A stretch of 64,000 bases of DNA, from contig NC_043005.1 of the NCBI RefSeq assembly GCF_006345805.1, positions 63,922,001 to 63,986,000 of the forward strand, written 5' to 3'. Shown in pieces: positions 51,999 through 64,000 of this stretch; the stretch's first letter is position 1; every line of letters begins with the position of its first letter. The DNA comes from Octopus sinensis (taxonomy: Eukaryota). The position numbers and the translations under genes are program-made. A model generated the notes under the pieces. It was not told the origin of the DNA and did not search any database. It worked only from the letters and a program-made list of their open reading frames with translations.

Positions 51999-53319
51999 TG
52001 TAAAGTCCTTAAGTCCATCATCTACATTTCTACTACATCTCCATAGTTTCATCCTCAGTATGAAGAGATTTTGAATGTGTTACTGCCTGTTAACTCTTTT
52101 ACATATTTGTGGGTCGTAATGTTTTTTAATAGTGAGCTGTAATAATATATTTTTAATAAATCTGTGACAATCTAATTATCAAGGTTATTGAGATATTTCA
52201 TTACCAAATTGCAACTTTAATGACTCTAATTGTTATTTTAACCATTAAAGTTCTTTGGCAGAATCACCTTGCAGTTGCAACATGCATAATTTCAACGCTT
52301 TTCTCCTAACAGTACAAAAATAGAGAGAAAGTATTAAAGGACAATTCATCTATATCCACATTAAATCTATTTTCTTTTCTTCTTTTTTATTTTGTAAAAT
52401 GTAAAGTTTAGTGGTGGAGAAAGAGTTAGCTAAAAGGTAATTGATAGTAGCTAATTATTTCCCCCCACTAAACTATATTTACAATTTTCTGCTAAGGAAA
52501 AAGAAAATATATTTAATAATCAGTCAGTTATACCCAGTAAGTGTATCGAGGGTAGTGAGTTACAACTTTAATTTAATAGGTTACAACTTAATTTATACGG
52601 TTACAACTTTAATTTGAATGTTATGATTAACACCCAACAAGTTGAAAGCACTAGGTCCTACCCAATCCAGTGGTATAAGTGGTGTTGTTGCTCTTTTTGT
52701 CTTTCAGTCGTTATTGTGCAGGTTAAGAACGATTTGGTAACTATTTCTAGTAGGTCCAGATTCCTCGCAAATGTTTCGAGTGTGCTGGTTTTCATGGCAA
52801 AAGATATCAGCTCAGACGATAAGTCAATAATGGACATCGATTAGCTTAAAATTACATAATTTTAGATGTATGTGATTTCTTTATAATTCATTCTTAGAAG
52901 AAATGAAAGTGATTTTTATTATCAGCATGTAAAACTACATCTAAACTATATCCGTTGAAAATAATCTGGTGAAAATCTGAAAAACTTCAATTGGTTAGAA
53001 GATATTTAACAAGATCTGAGATCATGCTCTTACAATTACAAAAAAAAAATTTTAATTAGAGAAAGTTTGTTGTGAAGAGATAAAATACAGCAAAATGTTT
53101 GCAATGAGGAGCAGGTTTAAATATGCTTTCAACGCTTGTGCTTTTTCGAAGAGAAAGAATTAGCCTCTATATTCTTTCTGAATGAAAAAGGACAATTGTT
53201 GATTTCGTGTTAATTTATCGATATACAATTGATCAAAAATTTCGTTCCAAAGTTGTATTTGTCTAGCAACTGACATAATGAGAGGCCGTGTGCTCCAAGT
53301 AGGCTAGTAACCTTTCTAC

Positions 53320-53515
53320 TATAGGCACAAGGCCTAAACGTTTTTATGTAAGGGGGCTAGACTATGACAACGGCTCCAGTGCTCAAGTGGTACTTACTTT
53401 ATCGACCTCGAAAGGATGAAAGACAAAACAGACAGCGAAAGATTTTGAACTTAGAACGTTGAGAGAGGCGAAATGTCGCTAACCATTTTGAACGGCTAGC
53501 CACCTCTGCCAGTGG
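53320..53515 (-). mobile_element. tRNA-derived SINE
   Basis: ggcacaaggcct...ggtacttactttatcgacctcgaaaggatgaaag...gaacttagaacg. Same family as 63566. Confidence 0.75.
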
Positions 53516-53723
53516 AGTACTTCCATCATAGATTAGATAATATAGCCATTTACTAATGTGTTGTTTTCTTTGTCTAACCTTTGTAATGAACAAAGGCTGT
53601 GCTTTTATTCTTGTAGACTAACCTAGATCTCATGACCTTTTAGCATCTGTCGGACATTGTTCGTCAGTTTTAGTACCCATATTTTTTGTTTTATTTGTTT
53701 AGCTATAATTATTATCATTATTA

Positions 53724-54475
53724 TTTAAGACGTCACACAATATCCAATATCGTGATGTTGTTGATTGATGATATTGTATCTACTTGGGGGTTGTAATGTC
53801 TGTCAAGTCATAGACAGTACTTTACGCAATGTGTGTGCTGTTCCAATACTCCTAGATTGTAGGGTTTTCTAAAGTTTCTAGATGTTTTTTCAGGGTGGGC
53901 GATAGTGAGCTCAATGCTTCCATGATAATATGGGCAACGTTTATGTTTGACTCTCATAGCTGCCACATCTTGGCAATTTCAATTCTCAGGTCCCTATATT
54001 TATCAATCTTTTCTCTTTCTTTCATGATAATATGTTGATCTCAGGGCACTGCCTCGTCGATTATTAAGCACTCTTGTTTGTCCCTCCTAAAGGTTACCAT
54101 GTCTGGCCTTCGGTGCTCTAATACATTGTCTGTATGGAAATGAAAGACCCAGAGGATTTTTACCATTTTCTTTTCTGGTGTACCAAGCACCCATTACCTC
54201 GTATCCATACTTCCGGCATAGTAGCCAGTGAAGGTCTTGGGCTACCTTGTCGTGTCTGCGCTTGTACACTTTCTGTGCAAGACTTTCACGAGCACTGTAA
54301 ATGTGAGTCACGCTTTCGACCCTCTTCCCACACAGTCTGCAAAGGTTCATTGTACTTGTGTGGTATATATATACTTTTTCACTGAGTTGGTATTCAATGC
54401 CTATCATGGGCAGCGATGATTAGGCGTTCAGTCTTCATTTTTACGTCACCCTTGCTAAACCACCTCCAATCTTGC
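53724..54475 (-). mobile_element. 5'-truncated R4/Dong-clade LINE, same family as 14178-14968
   Basis: CRLCGKRVESVTHIYSA...YKRRHDKVAQDLHWLLCRKYG. The 3' UTR matches that of the 14178 copy (…gtgtgacgtcttaaa followed by AAT repeats). Confidence 0.88.
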
Positions 54476-54791
54476 ATATATTATTGTCATCATTCTATGT
54501 TCTGTTTGTTTTTTCTTCGTTTCACATTTTTGAAACCTTCGTCTTTCTATTCGCTATATATAAAGCATAAGGTTTATTAAATCATTTCTCTTTTGTGATA
54601 TAAAGTTTAGACGTTAGGTTTGTTCTGTATACATTAAATCTATTTTAAGTGTTATTAAAAAGAATTAGGAAAAGATAGTATAAACGTATGGAAAACTAAG
54701 TATAATATCGACGAATTTATAAGAATCTATCAGTACAAACTTTCGATTGCAATTATACATATTTAATTATATATTTGCGCATAACCATTAG

Positions 54792-54860
<69 letters not shown>

Positions 54861-56349
54861 ATACATATCCCCATGTAATTTCTCTTTATGCTATTTATCA
54901 TAGCTGTAGTAAGTTTTATCAGTATTTGAAAATAGTACCGCTGGTTTTACTAAACAAAATGAAAACTATTTCAAAAGAAAATTCTTATGGTCCCACATTA
55001 CAGGCATGTGTGTGATGTGTGTATATGTGTGTGCGCGTGCGAGTGTGTGTATGTGTGTGTGTGTATGTGTGTGTGTGTGGTGTCTATATATATTTGTTGT
55101 CTAAAATCACATTTTTAGGTTGTAAATGTAAATATGGCATTCGCCCTACTAAATTGCATTAGTTACTTATTTTCACATTTTAATTTTTAAAAAATAATTT
55201 TTGTAAAACGTAACAGTGTAATATATATTTTTTGATAAATCATTTTAATATTTAATGTAATTCCATTAACTATTAATTCGATCAATCTTTTGTTCTTGAT
55301 AAGTTCGTTCCCTATAAATTCGTTTGATTGTTCGCATACGCGAGATTTTATTCCTCACAGTAAACGAACACACTGCAATTTGTTTTCTATCATCTTGCAC
55401 GAATAAACATTTTCAAGACTGTAAGATTAGATTTGAGGAATTTTTGGTTGCTATTTCTACCAGGTCATGTGACGAGAAAAGAGGCACCCGCGGGCCTTGG
55501 ATATTATAATTGCATACGTTTTATCGCATACAATTTCAGTTCATATATCTTTCGACACATAAAGGGAATTGAAATTTATTTCCACAAGACCACTAAAGAG
55601 AGTCTGCTATATATATGAGATGCGCAATGTGCAGACAACTAAGAAATCTTTTCTAAAGGAAATAATTGAAATCTTCAAACAAATTCTTCTGCTCTGTTTC
55701 GTCTGCTGGCAAATCGAAAGATTTCAAACTTTGAATAGACACTAGTTGCCTTTGTTTTATTTTATTGTTTTCTTTTCTGCTCTCTTCTTGTAATTTGAAA
55801 CATTTAAAGCCATGATTATGGACTATATAACGGTTAGGTTTTCTTAGAAGCAGAGATATAGCTACGATATATTTTACTTTTATTTCTGTAGTCTTAGTTT
55901 TATTGCGTGTTTTACTGCACAACTAAGTGCAGCACTGTATACTTTTGGTACGAGTAGTGTTTTGCATTGTTGTTAGTTTTTATATTGTATTGAAATTATT
56001 CTCATATGTGAGCAGTGCATATAGTAATATTTTCTCCATGTTCCGTGTATGAATACATCGAACCGAAGGTCTACTCTATATTCACAGAAGATCTAACCAC
56101 ATAGTTACTACTATAAGAAATCCATTCAGCATTAAAACCAAGGGAATATTCAATATTCACTAAAAAAATACATTTAATTGAGTTCCGTATTACTTTAATG
56201 ATACACGATGAAAAAGTTGCTTAAAAGCATACTACAATGCATATAAAAGTAAAGCTGAGAAAACAGAAACATTTGGTTCAAGCCACTCTTTAGCAGAAAC
56301 AAAATATGTTTGTTTAAGAGCCTTTTAGATCAAATGTAGTTATTTCTTT

Positions 56350-56792
56350 TGCTTTTTCTGGCAAATTGACCTTTCTTCATCATTATATCTGATGTCTTAG
56401 TGGACAACATTCCTGACTGATCCTTCTGCCACATAGAAATATTTTGTGATTGACCTCATGGACTTTCTGGGATTGTAATCAATGATCTGTTGAGCTTGAT
56501 AGAGTGTTTAGAATGCTTTTTATACTTTGATACTGGTGATACGTTTCCATCTTCAGTCTCCAGCTCCTTCCAAACTTTGTAGACGAAAGATCTGGCAACT
56601 TTTAAAAATGGAGATATTTCTAAATCATTTTGCTCAGCGTTTCTAACCACAATAACAGCATACATCTTCATTTGTTGAGTAAGCTGAGTGTCTGCCATTA
56701 TTATTTTCTGAAACAAAGATTATACAGAGTTTGTAAAGAATGCAGCAATGACCCCAAAAATGCATGTCCTCAAATACCTTATGCACTCTGTA
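56350..56792 (-). mobile_element. 5' fragment of a Tc1/mariner (maT-like) transposon
   Basis: Terminus TA-cagagtgcataaggtatttgaggacatgc. Paired-HTH-like N-terminus MKMYAVIV...DLEISPFLKVARSFVYKVWKEL, then ...PRKSMRSI...VRNVVH*DIRY in shifted frames. Confidence 0.7.
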
Positions 56793-58929
56793 TATATGTA
56801 TATATACACTCATGCGCACCATATTTCTACAATGGTTCTACTAACCGAATAGCTATAACAAGGCATTGGGCATCAAAAATGTAGAGAAGACCCTTGCCCC
56901 AAATGCCTCACAGTTGTCTTAAAACCGATTAGATCTTCGTAGCTGCGAAGCAAACTACTTCGCCACTCAAACATACCTCTGTATGTCTGTACATATATAT
57001 TGCTGTGTATGCGCATGTAATAGCTCGCCATTACATAATCTTTAAATTATTGTTTCTCTTATTCTGTCTATATCTTGCCTCCGCCGCCATTATATCTATG
57101 TTTTCGCTCTAATGGCAGAAATTTTATTTAATTTTGCTCTGTACATTTTAATGTCAGAACGTTCCACGATCTCGTAGGATTTGCGTAAAAAAAAATTCTG
57201 TAACATATTGTGATAAAAACTAACGAAAATAATGTAAAACATCATCGTATATGAAGAAAAAAACGGAAACAAACAGGAAAATATAAAATATCAAATAAAA
57301 ACTTGAAAAAGTTTTGGTTTTGGTTTTTATTCTGAAAATTGTGATAGTGATGTCACAGGAAAGTGTGAAAGAATGATGAAGAGGCTGAGTGTGTAAGTGT
57401 AAGATGATGGAGTAAGCATTAAAGATCAATGAATGAATGTATTTAAAGAGTAATGTATGATTATGTGAGTATATGCATGTGTGTGTATGTTAATGCGTAT
57501 GTGGTGCGTAAGCTCGCGAGGAAAAGACAAAAAGATAAATAGAACACCTGAGAGAGAGTGAGAGAGGGAGAGGAGAGAAAACAGAAAGGGAATATGCACC
57601 TGCATATACATGTGTCTGAGACAGATAGAGGAAATGCCAATGTGCATGTGTGTACATGTGTGTACATGTGTATGAGCGAGTGTGGTTATATGTTTATAAT
57701 TTTAAGAATGTGAAGTTTGTGAGTGTGTGCAAGGGATTCTAAGAAAAACAGTCGGAGGGAAATATAGAAAAATTCAAAAAGGAAAAAGTGAACGTGTGTG
57801 AGTGCGTATTTATTTGTGAATGAATGAGTGAAAGAGAACGTATGTTTGTGAGTTTGTTTGCGAGCGTATATGTGCAATTATGTATGATTTTGTTTATGTG
57901 TAAAAGGAAGAGGATGAAGTGATAAGGAAGAGAGAGACACAGACAAAGAGAGAGAGGGAGGCACAAAAAAATACTATGAATATGAATGATGCGATCGTGT
58001 TTCTGTCATGCGGAAAATGAGAAAAAGGGAGAAGAAAGGGAATGGAAAGGATATATGTTTGTGTGACAGAAAGTGAAAAGAAAAGAACCGCTTCAGGGAG
58101 AGAATTTACCGGAGAAAATGATTTAAGTGAGGAAATATATGTGAAAGAAATAGAGCGAGGAAGAGGAATAAATTCAGAAGGACATAGGTGTAAGAGAGAG
58201 TCGTGGGATGTGAGGTTAGAAGTGACATGCCAGTGAGAATAAATAAAATGCATGGTGGAGAAAAGACAGCGAAATGCGTAGATAGACTATCTAACGTAGA
58301 AAAAGAAAGATTGGTATGATCATGGTGATGATGTTTAGCCCTGGGTACATCAGCCTTCATTGAACAGACGCTTGTTATCAAAGCCATTCTCTGTTTGTCT
58401 ATCGTGCATATAAATTATATTTTTAGCAATACTTTTTCTAATCTGCCAGTTTTTTGTAAGACGAATAAATATCTATGATTTGATGGAATTTGGTTACTGT
58501 TTGTGGCATTTCGAGTAACAGCATAGAGCATAAAGACAATCGAAAATGTTAATGCAATGAAGCAAGTTTCACTATTATGTTTTCAAAAACCTTAAGTATG
58601 GAACGAATTCTACAGCACAATCGTAACTTTGACATAATAAAATAATGTTATGGAAATGGAAATGGAAATCTATAAATTATTCCTCAAAATAGAAGTAAAT
58701 CCAAATTTAAAATTGTGGAACTTTTACAGATCAAGCTAAGGCTTATCAAAACGAGGAAAAGGGAAGTGAAAAGCAAACAAGAATTATAAGGGATTAAGGG
58801 TTAACTGAATTTTTTAGTCGTTATAACACACTGTTATTCAACAACTGCAGGAAAGATATGAATAGAGAAAGATATTAACAGAGGGCAAACGTTTTAAGAA
58901 GAAATGTTTAGACATAGCAATTAATGAGG

Positions 58930-59150
58930 GGCCTAAGTGATAGGGTGCTCCATAGGTGATGGATACAAGAGAAACGAGTGGGACAGAAGTGCTTGAGTCG
59001 CAAGAGTCCAACCAGATTCAAGGAGAAAAGACCATTTTATTAAGACCATTTAGTGACCTGATGCCAATCAGTCGGACGCCCCTTCTCTGGATGCGGATTA
59101 GGATGTTGGAGTATGCAGAATAGCTTCATTTTGAATTGACCTCAGATTTG
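58930..59150 (-). mobile_element. Old CR1-type LINE 3' remnant
   Basis: Minus-strand LIRIQRRGVRLIG resembles the CR1 post-RT LDRIQRRAVRLI motif. Confidence 0.45.
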
Positions 59151-59583
59151 AATTTCTGAAATGATTTGGGTGATGAGAATAATGTCATATTACAAGTATT
59201 TTGATTCTTTTCCAATAGAACAATATTATTTTAAATGCTACATTCTTCTTGTCTATGAGTAAGTTTTATCAAAGGTATTTTATATGATCATAAGAACATA
59301 AAACCAAATTTATATCCACTCATAAACACATACCCACACACACATACGCGTACACATATGGTGATGTTTGTTCTACTGTTTTGTTTTCTGTAGGTATTAG
59401 TTGTTTTAATGCCCAATTAACATCGCTTCTTGGTCCTTTGATGCCTTAATAGATTTCACGCTGTTGCAAGCATTTGAGTCAGGTCACTGGACTTAGAATA
59501 ACATCCTGTTGTTTACCCACAGGTCCCAGGAACTCTGAAAAAGAGACGTGTGTCAATAGACACTCATCAATTCCACAATATTG

Positions 59584-59637
59584 AACGAGAACAAAGGTAA
59601 GAACGAGAGCAATGGTAAGAACGAGAGCAATGGTAAG
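59584..59637. repeat. Three tandem 18-bp units (aacgagagcaatggtaag)
   Basis: aacgagaacaaaggtaag, aacgagagcaatggtaag, aacgagagcaatggtaag. Confidence 0.9.
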
Positions 59638-62224
59638 AAACCAGTGATGGAAGAGGGAGGGATTTACAGTTGCTTTACACGATAGAGCACCATTGTCATT
59701 CTTTAAACACATTTCCATTATTTATTCTTCAATCTTTTTCTCACATTGCATACGCCATAAAAACATTAACGCGTACGTGAACGTGGTTAGGCCAACAAGA
59801 TTAGCTGGTGGGAAATCAAAAACAACGTAGACTTATAAAAGGCTGAAATATTAAAGACCCACGCAACACTCTTAGATGCTACATAGAACCGTCAGTTAGT
59901 TTTTTGAAGAGTTCTCATTCATTTACATATTTAGTCTTTAATAAACATGACCAATCCTCATACAAATATCTAAAATATTTTAGGCAATGAAGACCTTTAA
60001 CCATTATATTCATTATCCGTGTATGTTGTTTTATTACTTTAATGGTTGCACATATGTAAATGCATATGTTCCGGATAATAATAACTATATAGAAACTGAT
60101 ATGTTTCACACTTTCACACACAGCCTAATGCTGCGTGCTACCAACGAGGATTTAATAACATACCTCCTAAGTTGGTGAACTCGACGAGCCCGATCCGACG
60201 AACTCGACCCTCAGATAACACAAAACTCGAACACTATCAAAACAACTAATAACAGCAGGGTGGTTGAGCTCCCTATGCACGAGAGGTCGATGACAGTCTG
60301 ATTTCTCCCGGGAGACAACTAATTACCCTCTGCAATTCTTAGACCTGAAGCAACATTTTCCAGCAACTACAGAACTAAACTATTTTCGACCAATACTGGC
60401 ATTGATAAAATGATGTATTTGATATGCTTCCATTTATCCTGAGACATACATCTTATGTCATTAACCATAGTAAATAACATCACTTGACTGCTATTTCTAG
60501 CCAGTTTCCAACATTTCTAAGAAGCCATTTTGTCTTGCACGGCAATAAAAAATACTTTTCTTATATATCTGTGTAACTGGCACCTCAGCTTCCTCTTCCA
60601 GTCGGTCGTTTTATTGCTAAGTATAAGTAGATAAGAACATTTCTCTGCCATGTCTTTTCTACCTGTTCCAGCGTCGCAAACAACAGCATGTTTCTCGGCA
60701 CCTACTCCGAAGGCTGGAAACGAGGTAATTTGGTTCACACAGTTGAAATCACACTTTTCAATAAACAAAATCTAGTTTGAATTTCACTAATGCAGTTTCT
60801 AATTAGCGTCCTTTCGACAGCCTTAAGCCGTGAAGTAAAGCACTTAATTACAGCTCTTGCAGTTAACATGTCTGGAAAAACAAACTGGAGCTTTCAAAAC
60901 GCACACGTAGTTCTCAGTAAAAGCGTTTAGATTAACTTTTACGAAGAATGAAGGAATTACCAGGAAATATTTCTTCACAATTATTTCTGTCATGTTTACC
61001 GCCAAATGTACAGATAACTCAGTAAGGCATCGCAACTTTGTCGATCAACTGGCAGGTAGTTAGTGATGGTATTATAGACATTTCACTTCTAGATTTCTCT
61101 ACTTTTCTTTTCTTTGTTTCTGCACAGTTGGCGGCGTTCCGTAATTTTATCGAAGCCAAGATTCAACATTCACGGAAAAAATAAAACTTATCGAATCTCC
61201 TTGTCTTTCTGTATGGTACACTATTCTAGAAATTCGGCATGAAGAGGTTCTTCTAATTCCTGTAGAAAAAAGATCATACAGTCTTGATACTATTATAGAT
61301 TCGGCTCGAATATTTATCGTTGTGAATAACCTTGTTCTTTTCAGTTTGCTTCTAAGTAACAAGAAACGTTAGACACCAGCAAATAAGAGGTACTGCATCG
61401 CCTGGCACTTCTACAGTAAGTAGCTTAATTTATGTTACGTTCTAGTGAGTACTAGTGTTGAGTGCAATATTTGACCTTGCAGTATTTTACAAGGTACACG
61501 GAAGCCGATACCATTCAGCAATACTCATTAATAGAGAAAAATATATGATGTTGCACTTAAATTTATATGGAAGTAATAATTGGATTTTCATAGAAGCTGA
61601 TTTTCCGTATTCAGTTATTGGTATTGTTTTTTCTTCATTATTTTCGCTTCGCCATCTAGTTGCTTGAAAAGATAAAAAAGTATTGATTAATTAATTTATT
61701 GTTTAATTAATTTATGATTAGTTTGTATTGGCGTTATCATTCCTTCAGCATCTACTAATGTCACATTTCTTTTAGTCGATTCCGGACATCTCCCGCCCGT
61801 TTTTAGTGATAGAATGATGCTATTTCATTCTGTGACATATCATATTAAGACTAGTCCTGTATCTGCATATCGTAATGTCTTGCTCCAGCAAGATCTGATA
61901 TTGCTAAAGATGAATTTATCCGCACGGTACAGGGTTTACTGATATTATACGAGTCTCTTGCAGGAATTGGGCGTCTCTTCTACTTATTGTTCTGAAAATG
62001 ACTGAAGGGGGCTGGGTAGCGGGTCGTGTAATTGAGCAAGCCGCTTCTTTTCATGTAGCTTAAGTTCATTCAGACGAGGTCCAACAACAGCAGGACTCTA
62101 ATCGAGAGATTGACGGGTATCTCATTCAGTGGTGGGATATAATTTTGTACTAACAACTGCTTATTCCCCATGGAACCTGGGCCTAATGGACTTCTAGGTT
62201 CGAGATAGGAAAGAAGGTGGAACA

Positions 62225-63455
62225 ACGAGATGATATCAAGACGTTCCCGGACTGGTTATGTTTAATAAAAATAACTTATTTACCTAAGTTTAAACATCCT
62301 CTCCTTCGAAATAGTCACCCTGCGCAGCAAAATACCGGTCCCAGCGTTCTCTGCCACTTTTGGAATCCGGCCTGGAAGTTGTTTTCCACGAGCCAGTCGT
62401 GGGCCTTCTGCGATTTGCTCTTGATCTTGACAACAGTGTTAAAACAGCGACCTTGAGCAGCATTTTCATCTTGGGTAAGAGATGGAATTCCACAGGTGCA
62501 AAATGTAACGAATAGGGCGAGTACGGAAGTGATACTATGTTCTTTTTGAGGGAGTAGTGCTCAGCGATAGAGTACATTGTCGTCGTGTAGAATCCAATTC
62601 TTCGCGCCCCACACATCCGGTTGCTTTCGCCGAATGTTCTCCCACAACTCCGCCAGTAGAATTCCCGATTAACGGTCTGGCTCTGGGGGACGAATTCTCT
62701 ATGCACAGTACCGCAGATATCATAAAAAAAAGATAAGCATGCTTTTGATTGAACTGCGGCTCTACTGTGCCTACTCCGGTTGTGGAGATGAAATGATCTT
62801 CTACTGAGACGACTCTGCTTCGTCTAAGGGTCGTATCCGTACACCCAACTCTCGTTACCGGTGATGATACACGACATGAAGGAAGGGTCATCAGCGGGAC
62901 ACTGACGGAGATCTTGACAGACTTCGACGCATTGTACTTTCTGCTCAATGGTGAGCAGACGGGGGACGAACTTTATAGAATTTAAGATTGGCTGCCCAGA
63001 CCCATACGACAGACCAATAACATCAGCAATGTCATTGATTGTACTCAGACGATCTTGATGCACAAGCTGATGAATATCCTCCACATTTCCGAAGGTGACG
63101 CACGTGGCAGGTTTTCCAGATCGCTTCTACTTTTCAAGGACCTGTGCCACTCAAAATATTGCGTACAACCCATTGCTTCGTCACCGTAAGTTTGCCGAAG
63201 CATGCTCAATTTTTTGGTATTAGACTATCCAAGTTTAACGCAAAATTTCACGTTGGCTTTTGTACCATCTTACTGTCCATGACAAAAATTGCAGATTACA
63301 GCATACAAATAATCACAAAATCACAAATTTTACAACTTGCAAAGTGCACAAAGCGACGTCACTCGGCGGACTGCCTCATGAAAGTCACTGCTAGCACTCA
63401 TTGCACACGTTGGTGCGCTACGGACTAGTCCGGGGATCTTTTGACGCACCTGGTA
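62225..63455 (-). mobile_element. Near full-length degenerate mariner transposon
   Basis: FVPRLLT (WVPRLL-like), IITGNESWVYGYDP (first catalytic D region), HREFVP..QTVNREFY, PYSPYS..AP.EF (YSPDLAP-like). Degenerate TIRs share cccggact at both ends; TA at 63454-55. Confidence 0.9.
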
Positions 63456-63565
63456 TCTAAAGTTGAAAACAACTTTCAAATATAATCTGTTTTCAAATTC
63501 AAGTATTCCTGCATTGAAATACAAAACTATATATATTGAGACATTCTGCTATGTATACCTACCTG

Positions 63566-63797
63566 CCTATTTCTTTACTACCCACAAGGGGCTAAACACA
63601 GAGGGAGCAAACAAGGACAGACAAGCGGATTAAGTCGATTATATCGACCCCAATGAGTAACTAGTACTTAATTTATCGACCCCGAAAGGATGAAAGGCAA
63701 AGTCGACCTCGGCGGAATTTGAACTCAAACCGTAACGGCAGACGAAATACGGCTACGCTTTTCGCCCGGCGTGCTAACGAGTCTGCCAGCTCGCCGT
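63566..63797 (-). mobile_element. Well-preserved tRNA-derived SINE
   Basis: Minus strand: cggcgagctggcagactcgttagcacgccgggcgaaa...gagttcaaattccgccgaggtcgactttgcctttcatcctttcggggtcgataaa...gaaatagg. Confidence 0.88.
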
Positions 63798-63884
63798 ACC
63801 TACCTACCTACATGCCTGCCTACCTGCCTACTTACCCTCTCACCAATCTACCTACCAACCTCCCTCCCTACCTACTTACCTACC

Positions 63885-63975
63885 TACATACATGCATACA
63901 TACATACATACATACATACATACATACATACATACATACATACATACATACATACATACATACATACATGCATAT
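63885..63975. repeat. (TACA)n microsatellite
   Basis: Read directly. Confidence 0.95.
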
Positions 63976-64000
63976 GTATCTTTATATACTGTTGCTTAGC

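Noticed and set aside
52614-52844. Short region open on both strands as a candidate exon
   Set aside because: Splice signals do not fit the open frames and no protein similarity is recognisable.
59584-59637. CRISPR-like array
   Set aside because: Contiguous tandem units with no spacers, in a eukaryotic context.

Overview
AT-rich, microsatellite-dense animal genomic DNA. The SINE, LINE and simple-repeat content suggests a coleoid cephalopod, probably Octopus; this is an inference. No host protein-coding gene can be supported, and most small ORFs in the track are simple-repeat artefacts. Retroelements: an uninterrupted CR1-group LINE ORF2 at the left edge; a full-length but disabled Tx1-clade LINE (45529-50844, minus strand, 14-bp TSD); three R4/Dong-type fragments; old RTE, HERO-like and CR1 remnants; many tRNA-derived SINEs. 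DNA elements: a probable non-autonomous Helitron, a hAT-like MITE and two Tc1/mariner relics. The window also holds at least five hammerhead-ribozyme (HHR) motifs from unrelated repeat families, plus relics. The main observation is a nested system. The Tx1 LINE is inserted 5 nt upstream of the HHR of a 354-bp retrozyme-like unit. That unit has 42-bp terminal redundancy and is circularly permuted relative to its cleavage site. This raises the hypothesis of a LINE that targets ribozyme/circRNA repeats. All folds and alignments were done by eye.
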